This document shows, one piece after another, positions 23,470-36,740 of a stretch of DNA of 64,000 bases. The notes beneath the pieces were generated by a model. It was not told the origin of the DNA. It ran no database searches and saw only the letters and a list, made by a program, of their open reading frames with translations. Source of the DNA: Octopus vulgaris (taxonomy: Eukaryota); the NCBI GenBank assembly GCA_951406725.2, contig OX597815.1:171368001-171432000 (forward strand), read 5' to 3'. The translations under genes and the position numbers were made by a program. Numbering within the stretch: the first letter of the stretch is position 1; every line of letters starts with the position of its first letter.

Positions 23470-26400
23470 TAAACTTAGATATGTTTCGACCAGAGATTGG
23501 TCCAGGCCATGTCTAACTTAATAGCACCACCTGATAGGATTATTCGAATCCTGTTTAAGTCAAGTTTTGTTTATGGTCCATTCAAGTAGTGAGTTCTTGT
23601 TGGGTTAGTTGTATCCAATTATGGGTGGCTTATCTGGTATTCTTTGAAGGAATCTATCCAGACTCCGTTTAAAGTTGATGGGATCCTTTTCCTCTTTGAT
23701 CTCTTTCGGGACAATGTTAAATAGGGCAGGGCCTGTTGAGGAAAAGAAATTATGTTGCAGTGTACATGTATGCTGTGATCTTGAATTGGGCAGGGGACGT
23801 ATGGCCCGTGGTCTCAGTCTTGGATAAACCTTGAAGCTAATGTTCAGGTCGTTTGGGCAATGTTGGCGGTATATTCTCCACATCGTACAAATGATGTACC
23901 GTTTCAAGGCTTTAAGAGCAGCCATGCATTCAATTCGTTTAGTGAGTGCCCTCTGGGGTGACTCAATCCTCGAGATGCTTTGTCTTGTATGGGGAGACCA
24001 CAGTGGGCAGCAGTATTCGAGGTGTGGTCGTACAAAGGAGGAGAAAAGTGGTATGATAACACCTTGTTCTCTGGACCGGAAAGTCCTTAAGATCCAGGAA
24101 CTCATCCTACGAGCTATATCGACCTACTTGCTGATGTGTGCACTCCAACTGAAATCGTCATCAACAATTACACCCAGGTCTCTGATATTGTTAGAGACTG
24201 TGAGCGGTTCCCCTGAAGGAAGAGAGTATGGCTGTTTTAGTGAGGAATTTCTTCCAAAATGCATCAGCTCAAATTTTCCCTCGTTCAGTTGCATTTTGTT
24301 TCTGTCTGCCCATTGACTCACAGCATATAGATAAGACTGGAGTTGAGTTCGGTCTGCTTCTTCATTGACGATTTGCTGGAGCTTAGTGTCATCAGTAAAT
24401 ATTTTCACTTTGCAGTAATGTACGACACTAGACGATCACGTTTTTTTTTTTTTGTTTCCTAACCACTAGACGATCACACTGGAAAGGTCGTTTATGTAAA
24501 TTATGAAGAGTAGCGGACCCAAGACAGTCCCTTGGGGGACACCGCTGGTGACTTTTGCTGGGCTTGAGTGGACTCCATCAACTACAACATGTTGTGTTCT
24601 ATTCGCCAGGAAATACTTAATCCAGTGTAGAACTTTTCCACGGATTCCAACATTTGCCAATTTTGAGAGTAGGATAATATGGTCTACCCTGTCGAACGCT
24701 TTACTGAAGTCAAGATATATGACGTCAGAGTTCGAGCCTGTTCCCTAGGCTTTGAGTACATCTTCAATGTGGTGTAAGAGCTGTGTTAGACAGTCCCTGC
24801 CACAGCGAAAGCCATGCTGATTTGCATTTAGGAGTTTTTGGGTCTCCAGGAAGTCAGCTATCCTTGATCTTAACACTCTTTCAAACACTTTAATGATGTG
24901 GGAGGTGAGTGAGATTGGGCGATAGTTGAGTGCGAGGGATATGTTTCCCTGTTTGAAAACCGGGATGACTGACTGGGATAGAAACTGTTTCGGTATATAA
25001 ACTGCGTCTAATGAATCTCTCCTGAGGTTGGTCAGAGGGACTGCAAGTTGGTGTCTACATTCCTTCAGAAGACTAGCGGGGAATCTATCAGGGCCTACAG
25101 CAGAGTAGTCTTTGACCTCATTTATTGCTGCTACGATGTCAGTAGCAGTGAAGGTTATGTCTGAGATTTTATGTTGGGAGTCAACTTCGTTCGCTTCTCT
25201 TACGTCAATATCAGTGGGAACACTAAAGACAGAGCAGTATTGTTTCTGCAGTATTTCTGCCATTTCTTTAGCATCGTGTTGGTGAATGCCGTTATCATCA
25301 ACCAATGACCCAATGGGTGAGACAGTGGTTCTATGCTTATTTGCATAAGAATAGAACACTTTTGGGTTCTGTTTGATGTTTTTGATTACCCACTGTTCCT
25401 CCACAGCTCTTTGATTTTCAATGGAGGTTTTCATGTCGGTCTGCAGATGAAGTTTTTCCTGCTCTAGCCTTTTCATTGTTGTTGAATGTGGATGTTGTGT
25501 GTGGGAATATTTTAATTGGTTGATTTTTTTGTTGAGTCTTTTGATGCGCCGGATGAGTGTTTTTTTCTTTTTAGGGAGCCGGTTTCTGTTTGTGTTAGTA
25601 GATTTCGTGGGAGCGTGTTTAGAGCATGTATAGGTGACAATGTTTCCAAAGTGCTGCCATGCGGTCTCAATATGGGTGGAATTGAGAGTAAAAGACCAGT
25701 CGATGAAAGACAGATCCTTTCTGATTGCTCCCCAGTCCGCTTTGTGGAAGTTTATGTTGTCAAATGGGTGCCATGGAGTGGGATTGGCTGGTTTGGTTTT
25801 TATATGTCGGAAATTAAAATTGTAGAGTACCAAGTCGTGGTCTGAGAGGAGAGTTTTTTCAACTGAAATACTGTGAACGAAGCTAGAGTGATTGGTCAAT
25901 ACCAGATCCAAGATCGTTTTATTCTGTCTCGTTGGTTCGAGCACTAGCTGAGTCAGGAAGTATTCATCCATTAGATTAAAGAGCAGTTCTGCTGCTGCTC
26001 TATCTGATGTAGAGCATTTGCCTAACTTCAGAGTATTTGTGGGCCAGTTCACATGAGGGAGGTTTAAATCACCCATCACTAGTATGTTTCCGTTGTGGTA
26101 CTTCCGAAGGAAGGACTTGACTTGGCTAAGGCACTTTTCAAAGCACTTTAGAGGTGCTTGGGGAGGCCTGTAAAGACCAACAATGATTATGTCCTTGGCC
26201 TTGCTGAATAGTGATACCGATTCACAGTAGCCATTGGAAAATATGTCCTTGGCATCAAGTGAAAAGGAGTCATGGATAAAGATGGCTGTCCCTCCCTTAT
26301 TCCGGTCTGTGCGATCCGCACGAACAATGGTGAAATCTTTTATTTTCACCTCGGCGTCCATATGGGTGTTGTTCAGGTGAGTCTCGGTAAGGATAAAGAA

Positions 26401-27785
26401 AGGGAAGCAATGTGCCGTTTCGGCAAGCCAACTCTCTATATATGGGATCTTCCATTTTGGGGCAATAATTGATGGGTTGATGCCACGTACATTTAACAGG
26501 AATGTCGAGGTAAGGGAAGTTTGATGTTTGCATTGTTCTAAGTTATGTTTTATGTTTTTCAGTGGTAACAATGTGGGTAGTTCTTGTATGGAGCTGTGTG
26601 TGTATGATTTTCTTGTTGGTAGCGGGTGTGTGGTCCTTGTGGTTGCTGATAGCTCGTTGGATCTCCTGGCTTAGGTCGGCCTTCATATTTTCTAGGTAAG
26701 TCAGTAACAAAGAGTTACCTCTTTGGTTTGCCACTTGGTCAAAGGATACATATTTCATGTTGGTATTATGGTTTTTTCATGGTTCTGTCTACGTTGTTTG
26801 ATTGCAGGAGGGGAAACGTGGTTGTATTTTGTTCTTGTTGTTGTCGTAGATTTCCTCTGTTGCTGTTTATATTTATTTTGTGATCGTTTTGTGCCCTTCA
26901 GATGGTGGTGGTTGCATTCTGGGTTCAGGCACATCCTTTGTGACACGGAGGTTTGGCACAGTTTAAGATGGAAGAAGGTACATCCATTGCCTTTTGTGCA
27001 TCCAGAATGGGCGGAATTAGGTCAGGTGTTTGTTGTTGACTATCGGATCGTTGAAGTGACCCCTGACCTGTTGGAGTTGGGTCATTTGGTGCACTGCATT
27101 CATTGGCAAGAATGACTTCTAGTGTTGCCATGTGCGTGTGGAAAATAGGAAATATTCTTTTAATCACTTTTATTTTATTTTCGATCTGTTTTACAGATCT
27201 GTGAAAGGATTGTTTCGCTAAGCTTTCAGCTATTTTATTGTAAACATTAGCTTCGTTGTGGTGAATGAACCAAACGGTTATCATTGCAGTAATTTCATTT
27301 TCAACCCAGTGGCGTTTTTGAATATTATTGGCCATATTCAGTGGGGCAGTATTATACACTGTACGCCAGTTATTGATGGCTTGATGTAAAATAGTGAATA
27401 CACCGTTGAAAAGTTTGTGTCGATATATTCGGAAATGCGTGGCTATATCTGAGTGTGTGTGGGAGAGTTCAGTGTATTTAGTACAATCAGGATGAGCGGT
27501 GTGTTTAATACAGTTCAAGAAAAAAGAATTGTACTCACGGGACTAGTTTTAGAACTAGTCTTGGGTTTAGTTTTGGTTTATATTTCTTTCTCCAGGTTGT
27601 ATATAGATTTGTATAAATTTATCCTCCGATGGTAGTAAAAGAGTAGAATAGTAGAATTGTAGAATTCAAAAGTTCTGGGACTAAAAACAAGGAGAGTTTC
27701 TGCTGGCTTGAGTTGAAATATGCTTCTTTGGCTACTGACCGGAGCTATGAAAAGTACGTCTTGTCACGACGAATGCCTGCTATGC
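23470..27785 (-). mobile_element. Near full-length CR1-group non-LTR retrotransposon (ORF1 with CCCH-type fingers; APE + RT ORF2), decayed
   Basis: APE motifs LNVRGI, LTETHL, GDLNLP, LDLVLTN, SDH; RT motifs [41 protein letters not shown]; ORF1 segment GCTKGNGCTFFHLKLC...CLNPECNHHH; stops at 24745, 24466 and 24124; (TACA)n tail. Confidence 0.88.
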
Positions 27786-27787
27786 TA

Positions 27788-27828
<41 letters not shown>

Positions 27829-29606
27829 GTTTAAATATTTGTTGTGCAAGATTTTTTATGTGAAGTCGTGTGTTGAAACAGATATTGTTATATTTCGGAA
27901 TGGTCATATTGCCAGTTTAGCCAATAAAAACACACGCACTATATATTTGGTGTTATTTTGCTTCAGTGATATTTATTTTTTACATTAATCTTAATCTTAT
28001 TTCGGCCAAAGTTCTTTCGTCACACTCCTGTGACCGCATCAGTGGTCCTTTGTTTTCTTCTCACTTACTTGTGTCTCTCCTTACTAACCGTCAGCCATTT
28101 TGTATTTCTATTGTATGTCTTCATTTGCGCATGCTTATATCTCTATGTGCGTCTATGTTTATTTAGTGTGTGGGGGGGATGTCTGTAATATTTGTATCTT
28201 CTGGTTATATACATTCTTGTAATTGTATTTTGTTTTTGTTGTTGTTGCTTTTGTTCTAATTTTGTTCATGTGTTTACATCCACCCATTATTATCATTACA
28301 TATGCTTGTATGTATGTATAACAACAATATTAGTAATAATAATAATAAATCTAATCGAGAAAAAAAAAAGAAAAAAAGAATATACATATACATATATATA
28401 TATACACATACATATACATATACATATATATATATACATATATACACACACATATACACATATACATATACATATATATACACATATACATACATATAGA
28501 TATTCATTTCTATTTCTTTAATTACCTGTGTATTTATTATGTTTGCAGGATCCACTATTGTCATATGTTGTGGTGTGCGCTATTGCTCCATTCTAGTTTT
28601 CTATTCAGGCTAGGTTTATTTTCTATTATATGTGTAGCTTCTGTAATTTGTCTAATTGTTGCATCTGTTCTATGTGTGGACAATATCTTAATCTCTATGT
28701 TATTGATTGATCCCCCGTGTTCTTGTTCGGCGTGTTGGTACAGAATCGATGAGCTTTTACCTTCCTTGAGTTGTCTCCAATGTTCATTCACCCGCTCACC
28801 AATGCTTCTTGCAGTTTCCCCTACGTATGTTACTGTCTTGTTACTGCATCTTCCCTCTATACATCTTATACTATAGACCACATTTCTGGCTTTACAGTTC
28901 GTTTGTGGGCTAAATCTACATACAGTGCAATAGTTATCCGTACAGAGAGTTCTACTAAAAGGATAGGTTCTACCAATTATAGATCTGATAGGGTTGCCTG
29001 GCTTTTCAACAACCTTAATTCTTAGTTTAAGTTTATCTAGGGTCCTTCTAAAGCGGTACGCTAGTTCACCTCCAGGGGTGGTGTCAACGAACATGACACT
29101 CTGGTATTTATGGCTATCATACCAAGAGTTGGCCTTCCTTATTTTCTTTTTTGTCCTTTCTATAGTGTTCCATGACTTGTTCCTATAGAGTGGGCAAATC
29201 CCATTCCTATCATTACATAATATATTATCAAATTTCTTCATGGCTCCTTTGTATACTCTGATCCTTTCTTTATGGCTGTAACCTGAGAACTGCATGCGGT
29301 GAATGAAATACTGTATGTGTCTCTTTAATTCTGTAGGCTCGCACATGCGTGACACATTTCTCATTATTCTGACGAGGTCTGCCATCAAAATATTGAATTT
29401 GGCATTGCCCGCAATGGCTGAGTTCCGGTGGATCAGGTATTTTGAGGCCATAGGTTTTGCATAGTATGAATGAAGGATTTGGGTTTTATTTTTCACAATT
29501 TCTAGCCAGAGTTCAGTGTCTAGTACTGGTAGTCTATGGTTGGGGTGTTTAGTGGGGTAGTCTATTGTGACCTTAATACTCTGGTGGATGGAGTTAGCTA
29601 TTTGCT

Positions 29607-31390
29607 ACTTCCTCTCAATGATCATACGCCCTATAATCAGTATGTCACCTGATGTATGTGACAGCACAGAAGATCTCCTAAGCAGGATCAGTGACTGTAA
29701 CAAAACTTGTGACTTGACAGGATGTATAGTAGGTAGCATGGATGTGGTATCCCTATACCCATCGATTGACGTAGATTTTGCAGTGGAGAAGTGCGTGGAG
29801 ATGATCAACGAGAGCCAGGTGGAGTTCTGTAATGTCGACACAGAAGAACTGGGCCTCCTACTTAGACTGACATATAATAGTGAATACTTAGATAAACATA
29901 ATCTTAGTAGTTTCTGCCCCAGTAGATGTTTAAGAGGTAGACCGCCTACAATTACTTCTATGGCTAGGAAGACACATATAGAAAGATGGCGCGGATGGAC
30001 CAGAGCCATACGGATCCCCGCAAATGTCCATCAGGTAAAGAAAATGATCGCACATGCACTAGGAGCTAGTATAAGAGTTACCCTAAAAGGCCACACATTT
30101 AAATTTAATAATAAAATATATGCCCAGGACGAGGGGGCAGCCATCGGTGTTAGTATCGCTGGTGATGTGGCCAACCTCTTCATGGTATGGTGGGACAGAA
30201 GGCTTAAAGAATGCCTACTGCAGAAATCCATACTCGTAAACATGTACTCTCGCTATGTTGATGATATCAATATAGTAGTAAAGGCACCCCCACAAGAGAG
30301 TACGGTTGATATAGTAATAGAAACTAATACTATGGAGAGCATCCAGCAAATAGCTAACTCCATCCACCAGAGTATTAAGGTCACAATAGACTACCCCACT
30401 AAACACCCCAACCATAGACTACCAGTACTAGACACTGAACTCTGGCTAGAAATTGTGAAAAATAAAACCCAAATCCTTCATTCATACTATGCAAAACCTA
30501 TGGCCTCAAAATACCTGATCCACCGGAACTCAGCCATTGCGGGCAATGCCAAATTCAATATTTTGATGGCAGACCTCGTCAGAATAATGAGAAATGTGTC
30601 ACGCATGTGCGAGCCTACAGAATTAAAGAGACACATACAGTATTTCATTCACCGCATGCAGTTCTCAGGTTACAGCCATAAAGAAAGGATCAGAGTATAC
30701 AAAGGAGCCATGAAGAAATTTGATAATATATTATGTAATGATAGGAATGGGATTTGCCCACTCTATAGGAACAAGTCATGGAACACTATAGAAAGGACAA
30801 AAAAGAAAATAAGGAAGGCCAACTCTTGGTATGATAGCCATAAATACCAGAGTGTCATGTTCGTTGACACCACCCCTGGAGGTGAACTAGCGTACCGCTT
30901 TAGAAGGACCCTAGATAAACTTAAACTAAGAATTAAGGTTGTTGAAAAGCCAGGCAACCCTATCAGATCTATAATTGGTAGAACCTATCCTTTTAGTAGA
31001 ACTCTCTGTACGGATAACTATTGCACTGTATGTAGATTTAGCCCACAAACGAACTGTAAAGCCAGAAATGTGGTCTATAGTATAAGATGTATAGAGGGAA
31101 GATGCAGTAACAAGACAGTAACATACGTAGGGGAAACTGCAAGAAGCATTGGTGAGCGGGTGAATGAACATTGGAGACAACTCAAGGAAGGTAAAAGCTC
31201 ATCGATTCTGTACCAACACGCCGAACAAGAACACGGGGGATCAATCAATAACATAGAGATTAAGATATTGTCCACACATAGAACAGATGCAACAATTAGA
31301 CAAATTACAGAAGCTACACATATAATAGAAAATAAACCTAGCCTGAATAGAAAACTAGAATGGAGCAATAGCGCACACCACAACATATGA
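29607..31390 (+). CDS. Penelope RT + GIY-YIG endonuclease (N-terminally truncated, otherwise uninterrupted)
   Basis: [37 protein letters not shown] linker, VVYSIRC...[20 protein letters not shown]....P.LN. The ORF-track start at 29567 lies in the inverted arm and is not a real start. Confidence 0.92.
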
Positions 31391-31902
31391 CAATAGTGGA
31401 TCCTGCAAACATAATAAATACACAGGTAATTAAAGAAATAGAAATGAATATCTATATGTATGTATATGTGTATATATATGTATATGTATATGTGTATATG
31501 TGTGTGTATATATGTATATATATATATGTATATGTATATGTATGTATATATATATATATGTATATGTATATTCTTTTTTTTTTTTTTTTTTCTCGATTAG
31601 ATTTATTATTATTATTACTAATATTGTTGTTATACATACATACAAGCATATGTAATGATAATAATGGGTGGATGTAAACACATGAACAAAATTAGAACAA
31701 AAGCAACAACAACAAAAACAAAATACAATTACAAGAATGTATATAACCAGAAGATACAAATATTACAGACATCCCCCCCACACACTAAATAAACATAGAC
31801 GCACATAGAGATATAAGCATGCGCAAATGAAGACATACAATAGAAATACAAAATGGCTGACGGTTAGTAAGGAGAGACACAAGTAAGTGAGAAGAAAACA
31901 AA

Positions 31903-31947
31903 GGACCACTGATGCGGTCACAGGAGTGTGACGAAAGAACTTTGGCC
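31903..31947 (+). ncRNA. Hammerhead-ribozyme-like motif in the Penelope 3' pLTR (mirror copy 28004-28048 on minus)
   Basis: GGACCA-CTGATGCG-GTCAC aggagt GTGAC-GAAAG aa CTT-TGGCC; variant core, short helix III. Confidence 0.55.
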
Positions 31948-32061
31948 GAAATAAGATTAAGATTAATGTAAAAAATAAATATCACTGAAGCAAAATAACA
32001 CCAAATATATAGTGCGTGTGTTTTTATTGGCTAAACTGGCAATATGACCATTCCGAAATAT

Positions 32062-32125
<64 letters not shown>

Positions 32126-32257
32126 ATATATATATATATATGTATGTATATACACATATATATGTGTGTGTATGTATGTATGTATGTATGTATCTATGTA
32201 TGCATGCATGCATTCATGTATGTATGTATGTATGTATTAGCATTTATAATAACATAC

Positions 32258-32395
32258 GTTTAAATTTTCTCTCGGCTCCAATATAATGTCCACAAGTTTT
32301 GTGACACAGTTTGATTGAGGTTACATTGCGCGTACAAAATTCTTTGTCTTCCCGTTTCAATTTTCTGCAGTTGGGGAACATATCATAAGATCCGG
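32258..32395 (-). CDS. Same gene, first ShKT-like exon (4 Cys)
   Basis: ttttcag|CC...AAA C|gtatgt, 138 nt, phase 1-1; GSYDMFPNCRKLKREDKEFCTRNVTSIKLCHKTCGHY; not in the ORF track. Confidence 0.8.
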
Positions 32396-33018
32396 CTGAA
32401 AAGCAATTAGAATTAATTATCAATATTATGTTTCGAAATCGTTACGGCGCTGGGCAAATTGTTTAGCGAGATTTTATCCGTCTGTACGCTCTGAGTTCAA
32501 ATTCCGTCGAAGTTGACTTTGCCTTTCATCCTTTCGTGTACGATAAAATAGGTGCTAGTTGAACACTGGGGTCAATATCAGGGGACTTACCTCCTCCCCT
32601 GAAACTGCTGGTCATGTGCCAAACTTTGAAACCTTGGCTAATACGAGAAACAAAGAGCTATTTTCTTCATTAAAACTATTTGTAAAACTATGTGACCACC
32701 AACGCTTATTGTGTATCCGGAATAAAATGGGTTGGTGTACTCTCTCAAAACTGGGTTAATTTTTTAATAATTGTTTTAAAAAACAATTTATTTTGAGTAG
32801 CAAGCAAACCGTAATTTGTTATTTATGTTAGGCGTTGTTGTGTGGTAAGAAGATTGCTTTCTAACTATGTGGTATTGGGTGCAGTCTCACCGCACAGCAT
32901 CTTGGGTAAGTGTCTTTTGTTATTGCACCATGTCGACCAAAGTTCTGTGCTAAAATTTAGTAAACAAAAACTTAAAGAAGCCAGTTAAGTATACGTATGT
33001 GATTGTGTGCGTGTATGT

Positions 33019-33058
<40 letters not shown>

Positions 33059-33255
33059 GCATGTCTTTGTGCTATCACCACCACCATACCGCTTGATAAC
33101 TGGCGTTGGTTTGTTTATGTCTGTTACTTTGCAGTTAGACTGATAGAATAAGTTCTAGGCTTTAAAATAATTACTAGGGTCGATTTTCTGACTAAACCTT
33201 TCAAGACGATGCCCCCAGCATGACACAGCCCAAAGACTGAAGCCAGTAAAATATA

Positions 33256-33487
33256 TATTTCTTTACTGCCCTCAAGGGGCTAAACATAGAGGGGACAAAC
33301 AAGGGCAGACAAAGGGATTAAGTCGATTACATCGACCCAGTGCAAAACTGGTACTTTATTTATCGACCCCGAGAGGATGAAAGGCAAAGTCGACCTCGGC
33401 GGAATTTGAACTCAGAACGTAACGGCAGACGAAATACGGCTATGCATTTCGCCCGGCGTGCTAACGATTCTGCCAGCTCGCCGCCTT
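33256..33487 (-). mobile_element. tRNA-derived SINE (same family)
   Basis: Full-length copy; TSD aagccagtaaaatata. Confidence 0.9.
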
Positions 33488-33782
33488 AAAAAAAGCCAGT
33501 AAAATATAAAAGATAAAACTGTTTCCATTGCTTTCGATATGTATCCAATGAATGTTGATCATTAAGAGAGTATTATTGTAACTTTTACTTGTTTCAGTTA
33601 TTTGAATGCGGCCATATTGAGGTACGGCCTTGAAGGGTCTCATCGATCAAATCAACCTCACTACTTGTTTTTTATGGCTGGAACATATTCTATCGGTCTC
33701 TTGTCAAAGGATGGTGAGGGACAAACACAGACAGACGTATACACATTCACACACACACATACACATACATATGTGTATATGA

Positions 33783-33817
<35 letters not shown>

Positions 33818-34385
33818 TGTATGCATTATGTGTGACGGGCTTCCACTCAGCTCGTGTACCAAATTTATTCACAAGGCATTGGTTGGCCCGGGACTGTAGT
33901 ACATGACCACTTTCACAAGGTACCATGCAGTGGGACTGGAGCCGAAACCATGTAGTTAGGAAGCAAGGTTTTTGCCCCACGGCAATGCCTTTTATAACTT
34001 TCTATGAACTGAAAGTTGTAATCATGGTAAAAGAGTGAAAGATTACTAGAAACAAATACAAATCTAGTTACTACTTAATAAAATAAGTACCTCTTCATTT
34101 ATTTTGTAATGTACTCTTTCGGATTAATAACATGAACTTTCAAATGATCTATGTAAATTATTACCAAAATCTGACGAATTCAAATATAGGTGCAGGCAAA
34201 ACTGTGTAGTGAAGAAATTTGCTATGCAACCAAGTAGATTCAGTTTCAGTCCCACTGCACGATACCTTGGGCTAATGCCTTCTATTATAGTACCGAACCA
34301 ACGAATGCCTTGTGAGTGGATGAGGTAGACGGAAACAGAAAGAAGCCCATCGTATACATAGGTGTATGGCTGAGCACGCGTGTGC

Positions 34386-34469
<84 letters not shown>

Positions 34470-36740
34470 GTGTGTGTGTATTCCTCTTCACCGCTTGACA
34501 ATTGGTGTTGGCCACCGTAAATTAGCGATTCGGAAAAAGAGATGAATAGAATAAGTGCCAGATTTTTAAAAATATATAAGTAGAAAATTTGATTTGTTTG
34601 AATTAAACCCTTCAAAACCCCAACATGATTACAATCTAATGACTAAAACTAATAACAATGCCCTATCTCATTCTTCCTGTTATATGACTTCCTTCTTCCT
34701 CTTCTTTCTCCAGTTTACCTTCTTCTTCTTCTTCTTCTTCTTCTTCTTCTTCTTCTTCTTCTTCTTCTTCTTCTTCTTCTTTCTGTTAATTTTTGTTTTC
34801 AGTATTTATCGTGAATTCCCCCTCGCTTCTGTTACTCTTGTCTTTAATGCACTCTTTCCGATGAACACACAGAACCCCTTTTTTATTTTTACCGCTACCG
34901 TCATTGAAGTAGTTTGAGTACGTTATCATCCTATTCCACATATCTGAGTAACGACAATAGCTTTATCCCATCCTAACCCAGGAATAGCGAAAAAAATACA
35001 ATGTAGAATTTCTGCTGTTGTTTTGTCATCGCTTTTGCGGTAGTTCAATTTTGTATTTCATTTCGCAATTTTTCGGCCTTAAGTTTTTATCTAATTTAAT
35101 ATCACAAATTGCTTCACCTAAACTACTCTATTAAAATCTTTATATATTTTGAAGAAGAACACAACACATTTTAAAACGCAAGGTTTTTCTTCCGCTTGAG
35201 GCACGTCAGCACACCTCACCTTTCATGTTCTTTTGTGAGCGTCATAGGCATAATTTTTGTTTTTAAAATTTCTTAACGGGATCAGAGGCGATTTCAAAAG
35301 AACATACGTAGATATGTTCAATTCCAAAAATTGCCTAAAATTTCGCTATTTCCTTCATCTATTGTAAACACCTGTCAATAAAATAGGATTATTTGATTGA
35401 TTTTTTTTTTTTTGCAACTGTTGAAATATATATATATATCACAAAACATTGATGATTTATAACGGATTATTTGGTTTTAATGAGATATTTCCTAACACCT
35501 AGTTAATAAATGAATACACTAGTAACAGCTATATAGCTGGGAGTGTGTTGAAGTAAACCATTCTGGTACAGCCCTTCCTTCTTCTCCAACTTAGGTGAAT
35601 TCTGAAATCAGAAATCCGAGGCCGAGAAATATAACACTTTAACTGGGTGTTGAAAAGACGTTACAAACTCTGCTTATATTAAATAAATAAGCATACTACA
35701 GCTCTTATACATAATTTTGTGTAAACTATTATTGTTTACAGTAAATACGAAGCCTTCACTAATATTGGTTTCAAATTTTGGCACAAGGCCAGCAGGTTAG
35801 TACTTATTTTATCGACCTCGAAAGGATGAAAGATGAAGTCAACCTTGATGGAATTTGAACTCAAAAACGTAAGGACGGACGAAATATTGCTAAGCATTTT
35901 ACCCGGTGTGCTAATGATTTTACCAGCTCGCCGCCCAAAACGTTCACTAATATTCATATTGTATTGTCTTAGATATTTCAGTAATTTCAGCATATGACGA
36001 AAGCTATTCTCATAACTCGCTTTCGGAAATGTCACAAAGTGCTAACCGTGAGCATTTGTTCAAACAAAATAGTATCTCAGAAATAATCGCATTTGTTTTG
36101 GGTTTTTTTCAGTTCATCTACGCGTAGACTAAGCAATAATCCAATTTCTCCATCTTTCTAATTTAAAAGTATTCATCATACCTGAGTATGAGAACATATA
36201 AACCCGTATAGTCATTTGATCACAGAGGTAGAAATTTAGAACGACTGCTTATATTTAGACCCGTTTCTTAACTAGTCTACCAGCTGTAACTGTTTAAAAC
36301 GTTCAGTAAGTTGCCCTGTCTCATTCTTCCTCTTATGTTACCTTCTTTTTCCTCTTCTTTCGCCAGTTTACCTTTGTTTTCTTCTTGTTTTTCTTCTTCT
36401 CTATCTATTTCACTTTGTCCCACATTTTGTCGTCTCGCTTACGCACACACACACGCACGCATTCATCTTCGTTAGTTCGAAGAAATACATCATGTCATGG
36501 AACTGATGAGTTACTCATAGTGTTACATACTCTAAAGCAAAACAGAAAAGAAGTTAAGGAAAAAGATTACAAAATCGTATTTTCCCTCTTAGACATTAAT
36601 AACCTAATTAAAACCTAACGCTAAAGTTTAGGTTGAATTGTCAAAAAATAATCGTAAACTTCGACTATACTGGTTACTTCATTTTTCTCTCTACAGGTTT
36701 AGTGGATGATTTACAAAGAAAGAAAGAAAGAAAGAGTTAC

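Larger units (their letters stand above)
27827..32068 (+). mobile_element. Penelope-like element, 5'-truncated, with an inverted 5' arm, inserted in (TA)n
   Basis: About 27883-29606 is the near-exact reverse complement of 30345-32068; (TA)n on both flanks; RT and GIY-YIG ORF between and within the arms. Confidence 0.92.

Noticed and set aside
23474-23505. Hammerhead call for GACCA-atctc-TGGTC-GAAAC
   Set aside because: No CUGANGA-like strand upstream; better explained as the LINE 3' stem-loop
28561-29496. 311-aa minus-strand ORF as a separate gene
   Set aside because: It is the inverted duplicate of the Penelope ORF C-terminus
35219-35371. Minus-strand segment with good AG/GT boundaries between the kringle and ShKT exons
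   Set aside because: Stops in all three frames; the flanking exons already join in phase
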